From Rhynchobatus australiae (taxonomy: Eukaryota), in the NCBI GenBank assembly GCA_034780895.1, contig JAUZTB010000079.1:13405732-13469731 (forward strand): a stretch of 64,000 bases of DNA. The letters are read 5' to 3'. Positions 51,070 to 64,000 of the stretch are shown piece after piece. Both the position numbers and the translations under genes were made by a program. The notes below the pieces were generated by a model, which was not told the origin of the DNA, did not search any database, and worked only from the letters and a program-made list of their open reading frames with translations. Within the stretch, counting starts at the first letter, position 1. Every line of letters begins with the position of its first letter.

Positions 51070-51540
51070 AGGTGATGTAGTGTAGTGGTTAGCGTAACAC
51101 TATTACAGCGCCAGTGACCCAGGTTCAATTCTAGCCGCTGTCCGTAAGGAGTTTGTACGTTCTCCCTGTGACTGCATGGGTTTCCTCTGGGTGCTCTGGT
51201 TTCCTCCCACATTCCAAAGACNNNNNNNNNNNNNNNNNNNNNNNNNNNNNNNNNNNNNNNNNNNNNNNNNNNNNNNNNNNNNNNNNNNNNNNNNNNNNNN
51301 NNNNNNNNNNNNNNNNNNNNNTAAGGAGTTTGTACGTTCTCCCTGTGACTGCATGGGTTTCCTCTGGGTGCTCTGGTTTCCTCCCACATTCCAAAGACAT
51401 ACAGATTAGGAAGTTGTGGACATGCTATGTTGGCGCCGGAAGCGTGGCGACATTTGTGGGCTGCCCCCAGAACACTATGCAAAAGATGAATTTCACTGTG
51501 TGTTTCGATGTACAAATGACTAATAAAGAAATCTATCTAA
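51070..51540 (+). mobile_element. tRNA-derived V-SINE (HE1-like)
   Basis: Pol III A box TAGTGTAGTGG (51078-51088), B box GGTTCAATTCT (51122-51132) and V-domain gtttgtacgttctccctgtgactgcatgggtttcctctgggtgctctggtttcctcccacattcc. The core is duplicated across a 100-N gap. Confidence 0.8.
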
Positions 51541-52201
51541 ACTCCAACACCACTTCATTGGATGCCCATCTGGGTTGCTGATCATTTGGTCATTTCAAAG
51601 GTAGGGAGTCGTATACAACAGCTTCTCTTGGTCCTGCATTGCGATTCCAACAATCCAAGGTTCAATACTTGCCCAGGTTATTAATCTGCATGCTGCCCAA
51701 GTATAGCATTCAAGGACACATCACCTTTCATATGTTCTGATGACGTCTAAGTACACCACCAGCCCTCTCAATCCTATTGTCCACTACAACTTTAACAATA
51801 CTGTAATCTCTCAAGGCATTTCATACCACATAAATAACTTATTTTTGTCATTTGCTAAAAACTTTAGTCAGTTCTTGAGCATAGCCAGCAATTGAATTAT
51901 CAGCCCACTGTATGACTAAGTGTTACGGGGGGGAGGGGGGAGACAAATCCTACACAGCAATTTCTACATCAACCCACATATAATCTTCAACACATTTAAT
52001 AGAAATACAGAACATCCCAAGCTTTCATTTTCTCACTAAAACATAACTGCAACAAAATCAGCCATAAACATTCAAGAATTGAAGTGCTTATAATGAAGAG
52101 CTATTCTATGCACTTAAAAGGAACACTCCCACCCAGCCAACATTACAATTACTTGTAGCAAGCCTCAACTCCAATTTTGGCCTCATTAAAGATGCAATTT
52201 T

Positions 52202-52260
52202 GCGTGTGTGTGTGTGTGTATAGATATATACACACACATATATAAAAATATACACACACA
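52202..52260. repeat. Compound (GT)n/(TA)n/(CA)n microsatellite
   Basis: gcgtgtgtgtgtgtgtgtatagatatatacacacacatatataaaaatatacacacaca. Confidence 0.85.
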
Positions 52261-52317
52261 GTTCAACTCCAGACTTCCTTGATCCACTGAAAGGCTTTAA
52301 AATTTCATTGGTCTTAC

Positions 52318-52653
52318 CAGTGCAATATTCTCGCCCACTATGTTGTGGCACAGTGATTTGTCTGTAGACAATGGGCTCAGATTCCAGGATGTTTTCATCA
52401 TGGCGATATCTTGTTGGCTTCTCATTGGGTGTCCCCCTGGAACGTGTCCCATTCCGCCTCTCGAAAGTATCTATCTCCTCAAACACTGCTGCTTTGTCAA
52501 AGAGTGCAAGGTTGCCTTCAAAATCAAAGTCCGTGTCAAGGATTACTTCAATTCCATCCCCAAAACATTCATCATCTTTATTTTTCATTGGCCCATTCTT
52601 TACGCCATTTTTCTTTGGCGTTGCTTGATTCGGAATCTTGCTGCTTGAGGACC
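52318..52653 (-). CDS. EDC3: EDC3 internal coding exon (336 nt) with the FDF motif
   Basis: Translates to SSSSKIPNQATPKKNG...DTDFDFEGNLALFDKAAVFEEID...RYRHDENILESEPIVYRQITVP...EYCT, the EDC3 FDF region. On minus, the acceptor is CACTTAG|GG (AG at 52655-52654) and the donor is ACTG|GTAAGA (GT at 52317-52316). Phase 1-1. Confidence 0.97.
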
Positions 52654-55600
52654 CTAAGTGAAAAAAGATGGAGAACAATGCTGAAGTTGTATATTTGGAC
52701 ATATTTAACTTATGCTTGCAAAAACCATAAGAGCTCCCCCAGTTAATTCTAACAGTTATACTTTGCAACTCAGCTACCGTGTATTCAACAAGGTCACTGC
52801 ATCTTTAAAAACACAAGAAATTAAAGTGCTAGGCCATAGGACTCCAATCCCACCACAACCCTGACCTCACCCCAACAAATAATTAGATCATGACCAGTCT
52901 CCCATGACTCATTTCTTCCAGCCTTATCCTGTTATCTCATTAGATACACAGCAGCTTGCATTTCAAGTCTTTTTTAAATAGATAAAGAAAATAAACATTT
53001 TATTACATTTACACGTTATGCCCAGTACTAAACATTGGCACAATCATTGCCAACATCCTTAAAGCAACTACAGCAAAACTCTGATGATTCGTTTTCTGAC
53101 GACTTGGTAATACTAATGGTTCAGCATCTGGCTCATCACAAGAAGCTTACCACACTCCCTTTCAACTCATTGGGGCACCAGTTTCCATATTCCTTTCAGT
53201 TCATTGTAAGACTATACTGTTGTACAACATCTATATAAAGTGTAGGGACATTAATAGGAATAACATCCAATAGTTCGGAAAATCTGCCAATGGAGCAGAG
53301 CTTGCCAGATTATCGATTTTTACTCTAGTTCAAGGAGAAACTTACGAAGTGGGAAACATCTCGTCCAATAGAAAAAGAACATTTAACAGGTAGAAATCCC
53401 CAAGTATCTCAGAGCACTTTAAAGTCATTAACTGTAAATTGGTAAATGAGCTCAATTAAACTATTAGAGAATCCACAAGGACTGAAAAGATTTAGAGGGT
53501 CTGTGTGAATTCCAGAATGGACAAGTCACCCAATCTGTTGTTCTGATTCATTATCAGTTATTAAGCTAGAGTAACATGGGGATAATTTATAGATTTGCAT
53601 GCTGCTTAAATCAGAGTGAAACTACATGCAAATTAAATTTTATTTTATTTTAACATGTACAGTATATTAAAATCTTACCATTTTATCCACCATTTAACTT
53701 TATATTCTTTTACCCTTGTTGGTTCACAATATTTTATCTCCCATTTCACTACTTATTTCCCAATCAAATACAAAGATAATTTAGGTCATCACTTTGTTAT
53801 ATGTGGGAGAATGATGTTTGCAATTATATTGCTGCATTTTTTACACTTCAACCATAACTACTTGAAAAGTGTGTTGTAATCATTACATGCCTTGGGATTT
53901 GCTACAGTTGTAAAGTGCCATATTAATGAAAGTTTTTATTTGACCACTTTATATATTTCTGTTTAAATAGTTTTATTCCACTTAGAACCTCAAACGAGAT
54001 CAAACTGGTTCATTCTGATATCAGAACATCAGCCCATAACATTAACTCCATTTTTCTCTCTCTAAGATGATTTTCCATTTATGTAACAGAACTGTGCATT
54101 TCAGTTTAATTTTTCACCTGTTCATTTTTTTTTCCAGCTAATTTTTAAACCTTCAAACTAGACTCCACAAGTTCATTATTTGCCATTTTACATGCAATTT
54201 TTGGCTGACAGCTAAATCTACTACAAGTTTTACTTGCAACCAGATAGCAAAGACTTGGGCACATTGAGTTTTTACAAAACTGGCAGTATTTTAACATTTA
54301 AACAATATAGGTTCATCTGTCTGTATAACAATTGCACCAGCTTCTATCCCTTTGAGACAACTGTGCTGATTCATTAGGATATTAATGCTTCCTTTTCCAA
54401 ACACAAGCCAGAAGTGCAACATTTGCAAAAGGGACCAACGAGCATCAGGTTCAAGCAAAAGCAAACTCCAATAAAAATTCAGAGTTGACTGAAAAACAAG
54501 CAGCTCTGTTAAACCTAAAGACAAAATTTGTTAACTTCAGAAAGTTGACTAGAGCTTAGAAGAATATGGACTGCAACACAGTACAGGAAATATCATTCCA
54601 GCAAACAGAGGGGTAGGAGTAATGATTTTTTTTAAAAAACGAGATTTCTGGATATTTAAAAGATAAGCAATACTGCATTTTTGTCCCAATGTATGCTTTA
54701 CTTGCTTCCATTCATTGCATCATCTGCACGTACTGAGTCTTCAGGAAACCCTGACGTACTTTCCAAAAATACATCAGTGATCTAAAGTTACACAATGCCA
54801 TCAAGGCAATTTTTTTTTAATAAATACGACCATACAGTAACAAATTGAAACACAAAGAAAATGCCATGTATTGACACATGGGATGTGTGGCACAAGCCAG
54901 CCACTGCAAGTTTTGCTGTCTTTCTGTTGCCAGCATTCTATCCACTTCATCTGCACAGAAATCTGACTGACCTCAAAACTCCAGGGTGCTCAAAAGATGT
55001 TACAGGGTACAATCCACCTTCAATATTCATGGACTAGACAAATCTCTGCATGTGTGTTTTTTCCAAAGCTAAATGATACAACACATTTTAGCCCATCAGT
55101 AGAACAGTGGCACGCAAAGCAACTCAAGGCCATTTAATCTATGCCATCTCTGGGTTAAACTGCAATCCTTCAATTCTGGTGCATCAGAAAGACAGGAGTA
55201 ATGAGAAAGAGATTAAGAAAATGACTAAGTTGCTTTAACAAGGTGGAAGAGCATGCGTGAATAAACTGTCACAATTGTGGCAGTGAACAAAAAAGATGCC
55301 GAATAACCAAAGTAATGCAATATCATGCACATTATTATTAAGACTGAGGTGCTTTGGAGTTGGATTCTGGCAGTCAAACGTACCGAGGAATTGAGTTGAC
55401 CCTGTGAATCATAGAACATAGACTGGCACAGATCCCAGCAAAATGTACTTAATCTATTTGATACAGAACTCTTGGAGCCAGACTCAAGACCAACACTATT
55501 TTTATTGACAAATTTCAAGCATTTTGAAATACCAAATTGAACTACAAATCTGTAATCTGCATTTGTAGATAAACAATCCAAGGTGTAAACTGGAACAAAA

Positions 55601-56147
55601 TGAAGGAAAATCAGAAATGGGTGATCAAAAGTTTGGTTTAATGACTTAAATGAATGAGGTCACAGAGAAGCAATTTTAGACAGCACCAATTCAGACAAAT
55701 TATCTTGTACTTGGATGCGATGTAGCAAATTATTTTCTACAAAATGAGAGCAGAGACTTAACTATTTCACTTCATACTTCCAAAATGTGGTCTGGTGCTT
55801 TCTGAAGCTTGTAGAACATACTTTCTGAAGCTTGCATACAGCTGTTGAATGGTACCTGGTAAATACGACATCTCTAATTTCTCTGTGTATAGAATCAAAA
55901 ACATTGAAACTAGAGTTCCAATTCAGTGGAAAGCTGTAGTTGCATTAAACTTGCTTTTCCAGTTTTAAGTTGCCAATTAATCACCTTTGCAGAGAGCCAG
56001 CTTAAAATGATCAGATTCTGTTCTAATAGTAACCATTACAACTGAAATGTGCTTATTCAATTAAATTTGATTGATTCTTGTCCAGTTGACTCCACTTTTG
56101 AATACTTCAGTCACGAAAGTTACCAAACCAGCTCCAAGTTTTGATGG

Positions 56148-56306
56148 AGACAAGAAATTCTGCAGATGCCAGAATCTGAGCAACATGCACAGAACTCTGG
56201 ATGAATCAGCATCCTTCATGAAGGATCTCGACCCAAAACGTCAACTGTTTATTTTCCTCCATAGATGCTGCCTGACTTGCTGAGTTCCTCCAGCATTTTG
56301 TGCATT
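56148..56306 (+). mobile_element. Penelope-derived element with inverted pLTR arrangement and hammerhead-like motif
   Basis: An antisense pLTR piece (ctgcagatgccagaatctgagcaacatgcacagaactctgga) precedes a sense piece (atgaaggatctcgacccaaaacgtcaactg...ttcctccagcattttgtgcattgctc). Flanks are gctccaagttttgatgg and gctccaacatttgacgg. Confidence 0.7.
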
Positions 56307-57139
56307 GCTCCAACATTTGACGGTCAGTCCCTGCTTAATGTTACGTACCAGATTTACAATGACTTTTAATGTCATTGAAAATCCATCTACTCTATGGCCT
56401 TTAAACATCTGCACAGAAGTGAAGCTAACATTCTAGTGCTGTCACTGAAGGTCACCAGATTAGCTCCAGTGCTCATGATATGCACTGTGGCTTACAAACT
56501 ACAAGATGCTGCCAAAATGATACTTATTTAAAAATTCACTTTTGAGATGTGGGTCAGCATCCATTGCCCAACCCCAAATGCCCTCCCCCAACTGCCCTCG
56601 AGGTGGTGGTGCTGGCTGTGAACTACCTTCTTTAACAGCTGCAGTCGTTGAGGGCAAGGAATGATTCTGTGAGCATGACTACACTAAGTGTTGCTTGACT
56701 AATCAATGAAACAGCTCTTCCAATTTAGACATCAGTCCTCATATTTATGATGATGATTTTATACAGTCAATTCGGCACAGAGAATTACAGATCTGCTCAA
56801 ATTTGATAACTAGATTCTTCCCAGGTCACATGTCCCATTTTACTCTGCTTGAACCACAATCTAATCAGCATTACAAGGCAGAACAGCACCTTCACAGATT
56901 TAAAGCTTGTCTAAACTTCTGATTAAACTGAATAGTTATATCTGTGTACGAAGTGTAATTTCCAATGAAATTACATGTCATTTATCAAATTCAGCTTCCT
57001 CATTTGCCTCCCTCTTTAAAAAGTACTGATTGTACTGAATATCCTTCTTCTTAGGTTGCCTGTCAGGGTCCAGGACTATATCTACATATATAGTCACCTC
57101 CAAAGATATTATGCATCATTGTTGCTTTGTGTGAAATGT

Positions 57140-57545
57140 CAGAAGCTCAGGGGAGATCTGATAGAAGTTTATAAGATTACAAGAGGCACAGATAGAATAC
57201 AGTGAGCATTTTTTGCCCAGGATCAAAATGTCTAATACCAGCGGGTATGCATTTAAGGTAAGAGGGGATAAGTTCAAAAGGAGATGTAGGGCGAGGTTTT
57301 TTTAAATATATACACAACGAGTGGTGTGTACCCAGAATGTGCTGCCAGGGATGGTGGTGGAGGAAATTACGATAGAGGTATTTCAAAGGCTCTTAGATAG
57401 GCACGTGAATGTGCAGAGAATGGAGGAATATGGACATTGTGTAAGCAGAAGGGATTAGTTGAGTTAGGCATTTAATTACTAGTTTAATCAGTTCGACACA
57501 ACATTGTGGGCTGAAGGGACTATTCCTGTGTTGTTGTTTCTATGC
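57140..57545 (+). mobile_element. CR1 LINE 3' end
   Basis: gaagctcaggggagatctgatagaagtttataagatt...gataggcacgtgaatgtgcagagaatggagg...cacaacattgtgggctgaaggg. Confidence 0.8.
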
Positions 57546-60204
57546 TCACCCACTTGATCTGATAAAATAAGCCTGAACCTTATCTTATTCTAAACCCTAG
57601 AATGCAAAGAAGTTCCACTGAGAGTACCTTTCACATCCTCAAGATACTACAGTGCTGAACAGCCCATGAAGTAGTCATTGTGATAAACTTAAGGAATAAA
57701 ACAAGCACCATGCACCAAGTTTGAAGCAAACACAAAACCGAAACTTGGGGTTCTACGTTCTTCCAAGTACCTGTATAAAATCAGTTTTCTCATAAGAGTA
57801 ATTTCAACAATACAAAGACCTTGTGCCAAATTGTAGATAGTGAACCAATTTGAAAAAGCTCAAGTTCTCGACATTTCTTTGAGTGGAGTTTTCTGCTTCA
57901 AATAGACCATCATGTGATCAGGCTATAGCAAAACTGGCACCGTGCAGCTACATTTGAGAGAAAAATCTTAACACAAGGGAGTATTGAATTGTTTTCTTCA
58001 TAGTTTACATACAAATGAGATTTTGAGGGCAACTTTTTGTGTTAAGAGCTGAAGCATTACAAGTTGGTTCACTTGCATCATCTAGCAAGTTGTCTCATAA
58101 TCACTGGCTCTGAAGAACAGAATTATCTGGCAAATCCTTTGAACTTCTCAAATATAAAACTGCCACAAAATAGCAAAGTGTAGTGCAAGATACACACACA
58201 AACTATGATGCACTAACCTCATTTACAACTTTCAATTTTCCTACTACATGTTCAGATCTCTAGTTAGCCTTCTATTTCGGCAGTACAGAATCAAGATACA
58301 CTTATTTAATGTTGTAAGAAAATCAAGTAGCCAGAGCACCCAGACAATCTTACACCACCCATTCCTAGAGTCACCTTGTTTTTCTCTTGCCTTTGCTCTT
58401 AGAAAAGCTATTTTGCACCAACTTCAAAAGGGAGATAGTAATAGTGCAAGTTAACAAATTTCAGCATTATGGAAACTGATGGTTTAATAATGATAGTTTG
58501 TTCATGACAATATCTTCTATGCATCATAGCTACAGCTATGAATAACAGCTACACTTTTGCAAATGCCCAATAAGAAAAATACCAAATATAATGTAGAAAG
58601 TTGGAATATTTAAATATTAAGAATTCCCCACACCAGTGATTAGGCAATTGATGCACAGAAAAGAGTCTCAATGTACAATGCCACAGGAAATACAAATTCT
58701 TAACTTTTAAACCTTTTTTTCAGAAAAAAAGAGGGCAGTGGTGAAAGGAGTGCCAGGAACAACTGAGGAGACAAGTACATCAAACTGGCAAAAAACAAAT
58801 CTCAATTTTTTTTCTTCATTTCTGTATTTCACTGAAATTCAAAAGGAAAATGATAACTGCATTAACTGGCAAATGAAACCAGCTTTTCAAGTTTCCCAAA
58901 ATAGATATACAAAACAATATCCTACATTTGAAAACTAATGCATATAAAAATAACTTGCAAAGAAAAAAAAGGCACCAGCAAATTTAGTCAGTTGGTGATT
59001 CAAAGGATTAGAATTCAGTTAAATTACCTAGCAATGTAAACAGCAACACAGTTGCACTTAAAGCGCACACTATTTTTAGCATTCAGACAACAACGAAGGC
59101 AGAGAAAAAGTCAATGCGACCAGAGTCACTGCATATTTTGCAGAATATGCAATGTTGTAATGCTTTGTGTTGTAATTTTCACTATACCTTTGTTATTATT
59201 CATATAGACAAATCCAACTGGTCAAATTAGCTTTGACTGTGCTGTCATTTTCCTACTGATTAACTCCAATATTGGTCAATTCTAGAAACTTACCCAAATT
59301 CCAAAATACCCTTCTATTATAAAAAATGTGGTCTGCAGATTTCTTCAGATGAAATAGCCAAAGCTGCTGTGACGAGGAATCCAGTGCCTGAAATGGGTAG
59401 TTGGAAGCAACAAAAATCTTCCGATGCAAATAGGTAAATACTTGGAATAAAAAAAATCACAGGCCTGTGGGTAAAGAGCAAGGAGTCAATGAGCGAGCAG
59501 GGCCAAAGGGGATGAATGACCTCCTGCTATGCTGTATAATCTTATGTTTAAATGAAATGCAAATGAACATCTTAAAGCTCAGAATATCAAAAATATGATT
59601 TTACTTATAATCAAGCAAATAAATGCTTGGTGTGGTCCTTCACATACCTGCATAGGTCTAAGTTCCAGCTATCAAAGTGATTTATGGGGCAAGTCCTATA
59701 GTGGCAATAATGACAATACTAAAACAAACTTGTCTAATTCACTGTTGAGAAAACTTTCTACACAAACTCTCAGTCACTATCCAAAGGAGGTATGTTTGCT
59801 TTGGTGTTAATCATCATCAAACAAGACAGGTGCTTCAGGGCCCGATGATACTGGAAGTAGCATGGCAATAAAAATGCCACTTCAGCTGCCAACTTCAGTT
59901 AAGATGCTTTAATTGGTGTCAATGGGTAGCCTGGGAATGAAAAAGAAATTTCAGCACAGCTTAGAGCTTTCAGAAACAGACTAGAAACTGGTTTAAGAAA
60001 TAATTTTGTGCCCACAGATAGTATGAAAAAACTTGAAGCTTGAAAACCAGCAGACTGCTTTTAAAAAGAATTTCACATGCATTTGTTCAGCACATAATAG
60101 CAATCTAGTGCATAAAGGACAATTTCAGGTCAACTTAATGAAACACTGGAGGTGGTCATGGATTTCCCAGCTGCAAACTATTTCTATGCCTCAAGCTTTT
60201 CAGA

Positions 60205-60420
60205 GTCCTCTGGAGTCTTGGTTCAAAGCTCACAATTGATTTCAGTACACAAGCCAAAATGTTACTGCATCAATGAGGGAGCGCTGCACTGTTAAAAATG
60301 GTGCTCTTAGGTTGAAATGTAAACGAGACCTCGTGCACCCATTTAAGAATGTGGACAAGATTTGATAGCATTATTCAAAACAGCAGACTTCTACAGATGA
60401 CTGGCCAACATGCACGTCAC
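60205..60420 (+). mobile_element. Deu-domain SINE, degenerate
   Basis: aatgaggggagcgctgcactgtt...gaaatgtaaacgagacctcgt...ctggccaaca. Confidence 0.5.
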
Positions 60421-62324
60421 AAGTAAATCTAATAAGGAATTCATGAGCAACTTCATTGCACAGAATTATTCGAACTTGAAGTTTCTTAACACAAGCCCAA
60501 ACTTATGTTAAGAAACAATGTCCAAACAAGAACTGTGCAATTACCACCCATGCAATTCGGAGTAAAACTAATCAGCAACAGAATTTAGTTTACAGCTTGC
60601 AGGTTGCACTAAACCACAGAAAGAACGATGAGAACAATTTCATTTCATTTTAGGTGACCTAAATGTAAACCATGAGAAATTGGAAAATCAAAAGTACATG
60701 CCTTTCTGTCATATATGTACCACAGATTTTCCCACAGATATGCCACTTCATGGTTAAAATTATCTTTACAAATCATCTTGAATCATCTCACATAGCACAC
60801 ATTAGGAAACACNNNNNNNNNNAGGTCACGCAATCTGAGAAGTACACAAACACATGACCTTTGGAAAAACTAAATGCAATTTCTAACAATCAACTCAATA
60901 GAACTCTGAGCAGCTTAAAGTGATCTGGCACTTTACCCATTAAGCAATAAATTTAAAGATAAATTAAACTATAAATACTGTGTTTATCTTTTACTAAAAT
61001 GACAAATACTCTTCCAATAAAGCCTGCAATTTGTCTGTAGACTGTCTTTTCACAGCCAGCAGTGGCATGATAAATTTAAAAAATTGCATGAAAACCATTG
61101 TTATATAACTTTCTTTACTATTAGTTGTTTATTGACTTTTGTCACACAAGTATTATAAAGTAGAACTTTGGACTTCATTTAGCACGCTATGGGACTTTTG
61201 AGGTCAGCAGCAGTGATTCACTTTTAACCATAGACCCCAATTGAAAAACTGCCTGCAACTGCAAATTTTTACAATCTGCAAGATGAACAAGGAAATCTGC
61301 CTTGCTTGGCATATGTAAATTGCAAATTAATAACTTACAACATTCAAGAGTACTACAATGAACTTCAGATTGAAGGACAAATGAGGAAGATGTCAGTAAA
61401 TAAAAATAATTTAAACTGTAGGCTTTACTTTAAAATTAGGAGGGGGAGAGCAGGGGAAAGAAAAAGCCTTGTTCAGGCTTTGAATTGTGTGACCTGCTTG
61501 GCCGTTTCATGTCAGATTCATCTGCAACCTTCACTCTGGTTCTGGACTCTGGAATGCCTTCTCGAAAATCTCTACAAACCCCACTACTTCAAATCAGTAT
61601 CCAGTACTTCCTCTTTGGAGGTACATTCAAATTTCGGCTCTTTTGAACAGTTTATAGTTGCAAAAGGTGGAACACAAATGTAGTTTGCTGAATTTCTGTC
61701 TCAGGTAGCTAACATTCAAAGGATGTGCTGTGGTGGCTACATCAATTCAAGCCCATGCAGCAGGCCAGACAAATCAGAGTAAGAAGCATAAAATAATTAG
61801 ATAAAATTTCATGCAGGTCTGAATGCCTAGGTTCACTTGTTTCAATTTTAACAATCCTACAAGGCAGACACCACCCCACCCTTGCCCTCCAGCAGTATTT
61901 AGCTCTCAGTGTTATAAACTTCCTATAAAATTTTTGAAGGATGATTACTACTCATGTAATACACAAGAAAAAAAACTGGTAGGAATAACAATTCTCAACT
62001 ACAGCTCACTAATCACCTGAATTTGCAGAAATATGATGAGCATTAGTAAGTGTGCAAATTGTGAATAGCATGACAGTGAATGAGGAATCACACAAACTGG
62101 AAGCAATAGGCCACTTGGTAACTTAAACCTGCCATTTCACAAGACCACGGCTGATCTGACTATGACTACAACTCTGCAGTTCTGTCGAGCTACAGTAACC
62201 TTTCACCTGCTTTCTTAATATCTACCAGTCTTAAAAATATTCAAACCTGCTTCCAACACCCCTTCAGAGTTACAGACTGAACCCAAATTTTTAAAATTAT
62301 GGAAAATAAATCCATCATATAACA

Positions 62325-62620
62325 TCTTTCACAAACTCTGGATATCCCAAGGAGATTTACCACCAATGCTGTACTTATTGAAGTGCAATCAAATGTGTAT
62401 TCAGAGAAATACAACAGATGATTGGCACACAGCATGTTCCCACAATGCAATAGCTATCACGTTGTTAATTCATACAAGGAATGAACATTGGCCAGGACAT
62501 GAGAAAATTAATTTGCCCAATTTCAAAGCTGTGCCAAGGGATATTTTCTGCATTAAAAGCCCATTATGTATTTTCTGGAAAAATAAAACCAGTGAACTGC
62601 CTATTTGTTGACCATAAAAC
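62325..62620 (-). mobile_element. Deu-domain SINE, degenerate
   Basis: ggcacacagcatgttcccaca...aacattggccaggaca...ttcaaagctgtgccaagggatatttt. Confidence 0.5.
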
Positions 62621-64000
62621 CTGCATAGCTGTCTTCCTTTATAAAACTTTGAATCAGGGTTTTTCACTGTCACATAGAAATAGCTCTAACAAATCACAAA
62701 TGATGCTATCTATGACAATGTGGCAACATGCTCATCCAGTTTAGAATCAGTCACACAACCCTACAACACCTCTCTATTTTCTGTAGCAGTGTCCACTAAT
62801 TTTTCAATCAAACTGTAACAGAGCCATCTCCAACAATCTCTTTCCTTTTGTCAGGATATCAGGATCCATCCTTGTACCGACTTCCAGCAACCCCGACCCC
62901 CAACCTTGGCACTCTCGCAAACCTCTCTTCAAATACATGCTGTACTTTTGCATCATTTGCAGGCAGAGACCTTGACAACACCCTGCACTCTCTCATTGTC
63001 TATCTGCTCACCTGATACCTTGGAGAATGTATCAGTCAATTTCCTCATGCAAAGGCAGCCAAAGATTTGGCTGCCCCGGCCTAGCTAACTTAAAATGGGG
63101 GCTCCCTTCAAGTAACATTGAATCAGCATCTTCTGACTGTTGCCTGATACATGTCATTTGTCACCCTCTGACTTCACTATTAAAGTTCCCTCATGGCTTG
63201 CCACCTACCCTCAAACTCTTCAAAACAAAGAAATACTGAAATCTTATTGTATGAAAACTTATGCTCAATATTTTCCCCTCTACGTGATTCCTGGACCAAT
63301 AAGTGTTTCCATACTTCCTGCTTTTATTATTGACTGCCACATCTGCAATAATTTCTTTTTCAAAGTCTGCTGTTGATAACCAATTCTACATTGCCCTACT
63401 CACCAATTATCACCATCATTCATTTGTACTCATCATACTACCATTTTGCCCAAGTTTAAAATAACCATACATTTAAAATACCTACTAGTTTATAATGACT
63501 GACCATTTGTGCTTCATGCCCCAATTCTCTTGCAACACACCCCTTAACCCTTCCTTGGTGGCTTTAGACCACAAATCCATGCAGAACAATGGTACCAGAA
63601 TTAGCACAGTTGTCTCACAGTTCAACTCTGATCTCCAGCCCTGGACATCTGGAATTTGCACATGCTTCCTTTGATCATTAATGCAGATTTACCATTGATG
63701 CTGCAGTTTCTTCTCATACTCCTACTGCAAAATTACCCCTCATGCACATAGCTGGTGGAAGAATCAGAGTTTTTTTTGAGGGGGAAAAGAGGGGGAAAGG
63801 AAGGAGGAGAAGTGGTTCAGAGAAATTGCTCTGAGAACAGCACAGACTTGATGGGCTAAATGAAAAATGAAAATTGAAATTCCAAAGTAAATACTCCTAT
63901 GCCTTGCTACCTCACCCATCTTCAAGCCCTCTACCAAAACCTATGTGACTAAATGTTTAGTTATGCTTCTTAATAACCCTGTTTTGACTGAAACTCTGTT

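Noticed and set aside
51070-51140. tRNA-like A and B boxes as a tRNA gene
   Set aside because: It continues directly into a V-SINE core, so it is a SINE head.
52106-52768. 220-aa minus ORF as a stand-alone gene
   Set aside because: Only 52318-52653 is EDC3-like and splice-bounded; the rest is intron read-through including a microsatellite.
55798-55834. 14-bp direct repeat ctttctgaagcttg
   Set aside because: Only two units, consistent with local slippage; not a CRISPR-like array.
59130-59151. Near-palindrome tgcatattttgcagaatatgca
   Set aside because: Short, AT-rich and at chance level.
63054-63075. Perfect 10-bp inverted repeat GGCAGCCAAA-ga-TTTGGCTGCC
   Set aside because: About one such short repeat is expected by chance in 64 kb, and there is no other support.
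62780-63370. Possible highly decayed Penelope GIY-YIG region
   Set aside because: The resemblance is too weak to support without a profile search.

Overview
Vertebrate genomic DNA, most likely from a cartilaginous fish (shark/ray), judged by its repeats: HE1-type V-SINEs, SacSINE1-like Deu-SINEs, CR1, Rex1/Babar, RTE and Penelope remnants. It is a scaffold-level assembly with many N gaps. The only protein-coding gene I can support is EDC3 (enhancer of mRNA decapping 3) on the minus strand. Its last four coding exons are 52318-52653 (FDF motif), 22122-22275, 19634-19851 and 14425-14759 (YjeF_N domain to stop). All have GT-AG sites and splice in frame; the 5' LSm exons lie beyond the window end. 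A repeat-poor stretch below 14425 is probably a long 3' UTR, and the rest is intron or intergenic DNA full of decayed retroelements. The most interesting non-genic signals are: (1) short Penelope-derived elements carrying a CpG-decayed type I hammerhead ribozyme motif, two of them with target-site-like duplications; (2) a near-perfect 83-nt pre-miRNA-sized hairpin and a ~190-nt hairpin in EDC3 introns; (3) inverted LINE pairs flanking frame-preserving EDC3 exon blocks. I see no evidence of a novel multi-gene system. Repeat boundaries are read by eye and approximate.
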